The notes below the pieces were generated by a model. The model saw only the letters and a program-made list of their open reading frames with translations, had not been told where the DNA came from and made no database searches. Positions 59,081 through 64,000 of a stretch of 64,000 nucleotides of DNA are shown in pieces. The stretch lies in NCBI GenBank assembly GCA_050014435.1, contig JBEKDI010000017.1, forward strand, positions 1,145-65,144, read 5' to 3'. The position numbers and the translations under genes are program-made. This DNA comes from Verrucomicrobiota bacterium. GTDB taxonomy: Bacteria; Verrucomicrobiota; Verrucomicrobiia; Limisphaerales; Palsa-1400. The first letter of the stretch is position 1, and the number at the start of each line of letters is the position of its first letter.

Positions 59081-59700
59081 GCCTCATCAACGACGCCCTC
59101 AGACGCGCCAGTCAGACGGAAAGAAACCATCCGCGCCGGGATCCCACCGCAACGGGCATGCAACCCACGCCGGAAGCCCGAGGTTCGCACCTCACTCTGC
59201 TTTTGGCCGCGGCCGGCCTGCTGGCGGTGCTGTTGGCAGCCTGGGCTTTTTGGCGATTGTGCAATACCGGCAATAATCCCGGCAGCGCCGTCGCGATGGC
59301 CAATGTAGCCCCTGCAGCCCCGCTCCATGTCATCCCAACGGTGGTAGCGCCGCCGAAAGTGGCCCCAGTCCCTATGGTCGGGTCGGCAATTCCCGCACCT
59401 GCTCCCGTCGCCGCTACCGCGACGCCCGTTGCGGAACCGGCACCCGCGCCAGCCACGCCTCCAACCGCGACGCCAGCCGAGCCGCCCAGCGCGCCCAAAG
59501 AAACTCCCATTATCTGGCCCGTGGAGTTGAAGCTCGGCGCCATTTTCTTTAACAAGACAAACCCCAAGGCCCTCATCAACGGCGACCTCCACGTCGTCGG
59601 CGATCAAATCCATGGCGTGGTCGTGAAAAAAATTGAGAAGGATGAAGTGACGGTGGAATGGAGCGGACACAGCAAAGTACTAATGTTGGGCGGAGACTGA
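59077..59700 (+). CDS. GspB/ExeB-like protein (signal-anchor, Pro/Ala-rich linker, T2SS-B-like C-terminal domain)
   Basis: 4-nt overlap (ATGA) with the ExeA-like gene. Contains 'MSLINDALRRA' and TM 'LTLLLAAAGLLAVLLAAWAF'. The C-terminus is 'LKLGAIFFNKTNPKALINGDLHVVGDQIHGVVVKKIEKDEVTV'. Confidence 0.7.
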   Translation: MSLINDALRRASQTERNHPRRDPTATGMQPTPEARGSHLTLLLAAAGLLAVLLAAWAFWRLCNTGNNPGSAVAMANVAPAAPLHVIPTVVAPPKVAPVPMVGSAIPAPAPVAATATPVAEPAPAPATPPTATPAEPPSAPKETPIIWPVELKLGAIFFNKTNPKALINGDLHVVGDQIHGVVVKKIEKDEVTVEWSGHSKVLMLGGD

Positions 59701-59712
59701 GACGTGCCCCCC

Positions 59713-59750
59713 CCGCCATGAGGGTGTTTCTTTTTGGGATGGCGGTTTCC
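59713..59750 (+). terminator. Candidate intrinsic terminator after the GspB-like gene
   Basis: CCGCCAT-(19 nt)-ATGGCGG followed by TTTCC, starting 13 nt after the stop. Confidence 0.35.
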
Positions 59751-59877
59751 AGTTCCTGATCTTGATCCTAATCTTAATCCAGTGATGCGTATCGATTAAT
59801 GGGCTGTTAATACACATTTACGAATTGACCAGTCCCGCTAAAACTGGTAACCATAAAGCAATAAACTAAAGACAACC

Positions 59878-62592
59878 ATGAACAGATGCCTCTTGCGTCT
59901 AGTCGTTGTGCTCTGCTTTTTGGGAACACGCCACGCTTCTGCAACGGTGCTTTACGTGGATTTGAACAGCACCAATCCCGTCGTTCCGTTTTCCTCCTGG
60001 TCCACCGCCGCCACCAACATTCAGGATGCCGTTGGCTTCGCCCAGGCAGCCGACTTGGTCCTGGTCACGAACGGGGTTTACCAGACGGGCGGTCAAAGAA
60101 ATTTCAGTGCCGATGTCACCAACCGGGTCAGTGTAATGAACGCGGTGACGGTTCAGAGCGTTAATGGACCGGCGGTGACCATTATTCAAGGCTGCCAGCC
60201 GGTTGGGGCGAGCAACGCCAATAACGCGGTGCGGTGCGCCAATTTGGCCGGGGGCGCAGTTTTGGCAGGATTTACGTTGGCTGGGGGCCAGGCCGGCACC
60301 GGAAATTATGTCAATGGTGGCGGTGTCGCGGGTACAGGCGTGGTTTCAAATTGTGTCTTGACCGGCAACACGGCCGCCGGGGCCGGCGGCGGGGCTGATG
60401 GTTCCACGCTGATAAACTGTCTTCTGACCGGCAATCAAGCCAGTTTGGGCGGCGGTGCGTACGCCAGCACCCTGATCAACTGCACCATTGCGGGAAATTC
60501 GGCTTCCTACGCGGGCGGCGGAGCCTGCCATTGCACTTCGGAGAATTGCATCATCTACTTCAACACGGCAGTCACGGCGGGAACCAGCAACTACACTCAA
60601 GGCACTCTCTATTACTGCTGCACGTCTCCACTCCCCGGCGGCCCGGGCAACATCTCGAATGATCCCGGCTTCGTAAACCTTGCGGGGGGTAATTACCACC
60701 TGCAAATCGGCTCGCCGTGCATCGCCGCCGGCGACATTGCCTACGTCACGGCCCCGACCGACCTCGACGGCAATCCCCGCATTGCCAACGGCACGGTGGA
60801 CATGGGCGCTTACGAAAGCCAGTTCACCGGCACGGTCCATTATGTCAGCCTGAGCAGCGCCAATCCGGCGCCGCCTTACACCAATTGGAGCACGGCGGCG
60901 ACAAACATCCAGGATGCCATCAGCGTGGCGCAGGCGGGCGAATTTGTGGCAGTCGGGGACGGCATCTATAATGTGGGTGGCACGGCGGTTTATGGACCGG
61001 AAACCAATCGCGTGGCCGTGACCAATCCGATCACAGTGCTGGGCGTTTCGGGACCGCAAGGGGCGACGATATCGGGCGGCGCGCAGACGAGATGCGCTTA
61101 TGTCGGCAGCAACGCCTTGTTGAGCGGATTCACGCTGATCGGCGGCCAGACTGGCGGCAGTGGAAACATCACCAATGAACTCAGTGGTGGCGGCGTGTGG
61201 TGCGAGGCAAGCGGGGTGGTGTCCAACTGCGTTTTAACCGGCAATGTGGCCCTCAACGCATACGGCGGTGGTGACTATGGCGGAACGATCTGGAACAGCG
61301 TTCTATCGAACAATTCCGCCAGTTTCGGCGGAGGCGCTGCTTTCGCAAGCCTCATAAACTGCGCCATTTCGAGCAATTCCGCGACCGGCGACTTCGGCGG
61401 CGGTGTTTTTCAGGCGGTCGTCTCCAATTGCACGGTGATCTCGAATTGGGCTTATTCTGGCGGCGGCGGCGCCAACCTGAGTACGGTTTATAATTCCACG
61501 CTCGCAAGCAATTCTTCCAGCCTCGGAGCGGGCGGGGCAAATTCCTGCGTGTTATATGATTGCAACGTGGCTGGCAACCGCGGTGACGAGGGCGGCGGGA
61601 CCAGTGTGGGCAGTAATTTCAACTGCACGATCACCGGCAACCAAGCCAGCGTGGGAGCCGGGACTTATCAGTCTATTGACTACAGTTGCTTGATCACCTC
61701 CAACACGGCCACAGTGGCGATCGCCGGCGGGGCCTACGAAGGGACGCTGTATAATTGCATACTGCTCGGCAATCAGGCTGCCAGCACCAATCTTGGCGCC
61801 GGGGAAGGCGGCGGGGATTTCGGATCAACCCTGCTCAATTGCACTTTGGTGAGCAATTCGGCGGCGTTCAAGGGCGGCGGCGCTTACGGCGGCAACTTAT
61901 ACAACTCCATTGTGTATTACAACAACGCTCCAACCGGCTCCAACTGTTATGGGAACCAACCGGCAGCCTGTTGCACGACACCGGTGCCATTGACTTACAA
62001 CTCGGCCTGCATCACCAACCCGCCGCTCTTTGTCAATTTAACGGGCGGCGATTTGCACCAGCAAACCAACTCCCCCACTATCAACGGCGGGAACAACCTT
62101 TACGTCACCAACTCGATATTTATCCCCGCGCCGCTCACGAACGATTTTGACGGTAATCCGCGCATTGTGGGCGGCACCGTGGACATAGGCGCCTATGAAT
62201 ATCAAGGCTCAAACTTGGGCCTCCCCATCCCCATCCCGTGGTTGGTCAAATACAATCTCCCGACCGACGGCTCCGCCGATTACCTCGACAGCGATGGAAA
62301 TGGCATGAGCAACTGGCAGAAATGGATCGCGGGCCTCGATCCTCTTGATCCCTCGTCGCTGTTGCAGATGCTGTCCGCGGCAAATACGAGCAATTCTTCC
62401 GTTGTCGTCCTCACCTGGCAAAGCGTTAGCGGCGTAAATTATTTTATCCAACGCGCCGCAGATTTGTCCGCCCAACCGGCTTTTTCGACCCTGCAAAGCA
62501 ATATCACCGGGCAATCCGGCACGACAAGTTTCACCGATACGACGGCTACAAATAACGGACCGCTCTTTTATCGCGTTGGCGTTGGGGATTGA
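59878..62592 (+). CDS. Secreted right-handed beta-helix repeat protein (PMP/choice-of-anchor-Q-like), internally duplicated, with Ca-binding-like DxDxDG segment and C-terminal beta-sandwich
   Basis: Signal peptide is 'LVVVLCFLGTRHASA'. Many 'GGG....S.L.NC.L.GN.A..GGG' turns are present, and the cap+helix+'D(L/F)DGNPRI..GTVD(M/I)GAYE' module occurs twice. The tail carries 'DSDGNGMSNWQKWIAGLDPLDPSS', then 'LTWQSVSGVNYFIQRAADL...FYRVGV'. Confidence 0.85.
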   Translation: MNRCLLRLVVVLCFLGTRHASATVLYVDLNSTNPVVPFSSWSTAATNIQDAVGFAQAADLVLVTNGVYQTGGQRNFSADVTNRVSVMNAVTVQSVNGPAVTIIQGCQPVGASNANNAVRCANLAGGAVLAGFTLAGGQAGTGNYVNGGGVAGTGVVSNCVLTGNTAAGAGGGADGSTLINCLLTGNQASLGGGAYASTLINCTIAGNSASYAGGGACHCTSENCIIYFNTAVTAGTSNYTQGTLYYCCTSPLPGGPGNISNDPGFVNLAGGNYHLQIGSPCIAAGDIAYVTAPTDLDGNPRIANGTVDMGAYESQFTGTVHYVSLSSANPAPPYTNWSTAATNIQDAISVAQAGEFVAVGDGIYNVGGTAVYGPETNRVAVTNPITVLGVSGPQGATISGGAQTRCAYVGSNALLSGFTLIGGQTGGSGNITNELSGGGVWCEASGVVSNCVLTGNVALNAYGGGDYGGTIWNSVLSNNSASFGGGAAFASLINCAISSNSATGDFGGGVFQAVVSNCTVISNWAYSGGGGANLSTVYNSTLASNSSSLGAGGANSCVLYDCNVAGNRGDEGGGTSVGSNFNCTITGNQASVGAGTYQSIDYSCLITSNTATVAIAGGAYEGTLYNCILLGNQAASTNLGAGEGGGDFGSTLLNCTLVSNSAAFKGGGAYGGNLYNSIVYYNNAPTGSNCYGNQPAACCTTPVPLTYNSACITNPPLFVNLTGGDLHQQTNSPTINGGNNLYVTNSIFIPAPLTNDFDGNPRIVGGTVDIGAYEYQGSNLGLPIPIPWLVKYNLPTDGSADYLDSDGNGMSNWQKWIAGLDPLDPSSLLQMLSAANTSNSSVVVLTWQSVSGVNYFIQRAADLSAQPAFSTLQSNITGQSGTTSFTDTTATNNGPLFYRVGVGD

Positions 62593-62614
62593 GTCTTGCA
62601 GTTTGCTGGAATCG

Positions 62615-62788
62615 CTTAGAGCGTGTTTTAAGAATGGATCGGAACGCGGATTGCGAGCGCGGCGGGGCGGAGGCCGAGGCGCGACGAAGGAGAATATCCC
62701 CCGTGGATCTTCGACCGAGGAGCCACGAAGCCGTCCGCCCCGCCCCGCCGCAAGACGCCCCGGGCTATTTTTAAAACACGCTCTTAAA
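62615..62788. repeat. Compound palindromic intergenic element between convergent genes
   Basis: The outer arms CTTAGAGCGTGTTTTAAGAA (62615-62634) and TTTTAAAACACGCTCTTAAAG (62769-62789 region) pair. The inner GC-rich arms GCGGCGGGGCGG and CCGCCCCGCCCCGCCGC also pair. There is also a direct repeat CCGAGGnGCnACGAAG at 62674-62689 and 62715-62730. Confidence 0.7.
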
Positions 62789-62882
62789 GCCCAGCATGCA
62801 ATCTGGCCGGTGTGGGCGGAAATCGAGCGTTTTCCAGCGAGGCGTCGCCCCATGGTTCGGGGCTCATCCATCAGGCCACTGG

Positions 62883-63899
62883 TCAAACCCTGGTTTCGTC
62901 TTCCCGGCGAGGATACGGTATCAGCAATGGAAGCAGGCCGGCCACGCCAAGAGCGCCTCCGCACCAACACACCCCGGCCCAGCGGCCGTGCGCCCAGGCC
63001 CATGAGCCAACTGCAGAGCCAAACGCGCCACCGATAAAATAGACCACCATGTAAACCGAGTTCACCCGGTTTCGCACGCTGGCGTTCAAACCGTAAATGC
63101 GTGTCTGATTGGAAATGTGGCTTCCTTGGACTCCGGCGTCCATCAGCACGACCCCCACAGCGAGTCCGACCAGGGAATGTCCGGCAACCCCCATAAGAAC
63201 AAACGCCACCACCACCAGCACGAGAGCGGTGCCGTTGACCCATCTGGCATCATGCCGGTCAGCCAACCGACCCGCCACCGGGGCGGCCAATGCACCCGCC
63301 ACTCCAAACAGGCCGAACAACCCTGCCACACCGCTGCCATATCGGCCCGGCAGGCTGGCCAGATGGAAAACCAACATCGTCCAGAAAACGCTGAAAGCGC
63401 CAAACCCGCAGGCCCCTATGATGGAGTGTCGGCGCAAGACTGGCTGGCTGCGCAGGACATCCCAAAGAGAGGCCAGCAACCGGCCATAATGGGCGGACAG
63501 TCCGCTTTCGGGCCTTTGCGCAGGCAGCCGCCATCTCAGCAGGACGCTCAAACCCAACGCCAGGCCCGCGCTGATCCAATACACAGATCTCCAGCCGAAG
63601 GCGGCGGCAAGCAGGCCGCTGAGAATGCGCGACAGAAGAATGCCCACCAGAAGTCCGCTCATGACCATTCCCACCACCCTGCCTCGTCTTTCAATCCCGA
63701 CCAAACCGGCCGAATAGGGCACGACAAGCTGAGGAGCGGCACTGGCCGCGCCCAGCAAAAAGCTGGTAAGAAGCAGCCAGTGGAATCGTGGTGAAAGCGC
63801 CACGGCGATCAGCATCAATGCCGAGGCGGCGGTGGTCATCACAATCAGCCTGCGCCGCTCGAAGATATCCCCCAACGGAACCACCAACAGCAGGCTCAA
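62883..63899 (-). CDS. MFS transporter, apparently lacking its first helix or continuing in another frame beyond the window edge
   Basis: Polytopic protein with the MFS loop 'PLGDIFERRRLIV'. The same frame stays open upstream to an in-frame TGA at 63996-63998 and reads '...LTQLGYALSLLLVVPLGD'. No ATG/GTG occurs in that stretch. Confidence 0.7.
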   Translation of the reverse strand: MSLLLVVPLGDIFERRRLIVMTTAASALMLIAVALSPRFHWLLLTSFLLGAASAAPQLVVPYSAGLVGIERRGRVVGMVMSGLLVGILLSRILSGLLAAAFGWRSVYWISAGLALGLSVLLRWRLPAQRPESGLSAHYGRLLASLWDVLRSQPVLRRHSIIGACGFGAFSVFWTMLVFHLASLPGRYGSGVAGLFGLFGVAGALAAPVAGRLADRHDARWVNGTALVLVVVAFVLMGVAGHSLVGLAVGVVLMDAGVQGSHISNQTRIYGLNASVRNRVNSVYMVVYFIGGAFGSAVGSWAWAHGRWAGVCWCGGALGVAGLLPLLIPYPRREDETRV

Positions 63900-64000
63900 G
63901 GCATAGCCGAGTTGCGTGAGTGTGACAATCAGGCTGGCAGCCCTGCTGGAAACACTGAATTGTCGCGCAATAGTTCCAACTGGACAGTGGAACGTTCATG

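Overview
GC-rich chromosomal segment from a diderm bacterium. The gene content and dispersed hairpin repeats suggest the PVC superphylum, most likely Verrucomicrobiota, but that is inference. About 45 genes are supportable and most are housekeeping: leuS, pyrG-kdsB-gmhB, uppS-cdsA-dxr-dnaB-bamA-skp, lepA-lepB, pfk, proC, gatB and glgP. I saw no rRNA, tRNA, CRISPR array, transposase or integrase. The most interesting locus is at 51085-54414. It pairs an Mpa/ARC-type AAA ATPase with a Dop-type Pup-ligase-family enzyme. No 20S proteasome genes, PafA or recognisable Pup/UBact modifier lie nearby, and the ATPase lacks the proteasome-docking C-terminal motif. A small, probably disordered ORF sits just downstream. 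Other items worth a second look:
- two tandem giant secreted paralogs that embed a cyclophilin PPIase domain (1138-8578);
- an ExeA/GspB-like pair next to an internally duplicated beta-helix surface protein (58265-62592);
- a HicAB module and two small membrane ORFs in AT-richer pockets;
- a low-complexity Sel1-repeat protein behind an 800-bp non-coding stretch;
- at least three kinds of long palindromic intergenic elements.
Many long antisense ORFs in the track are stop-poor artefacts of the GC-rich sequence and were rejected.
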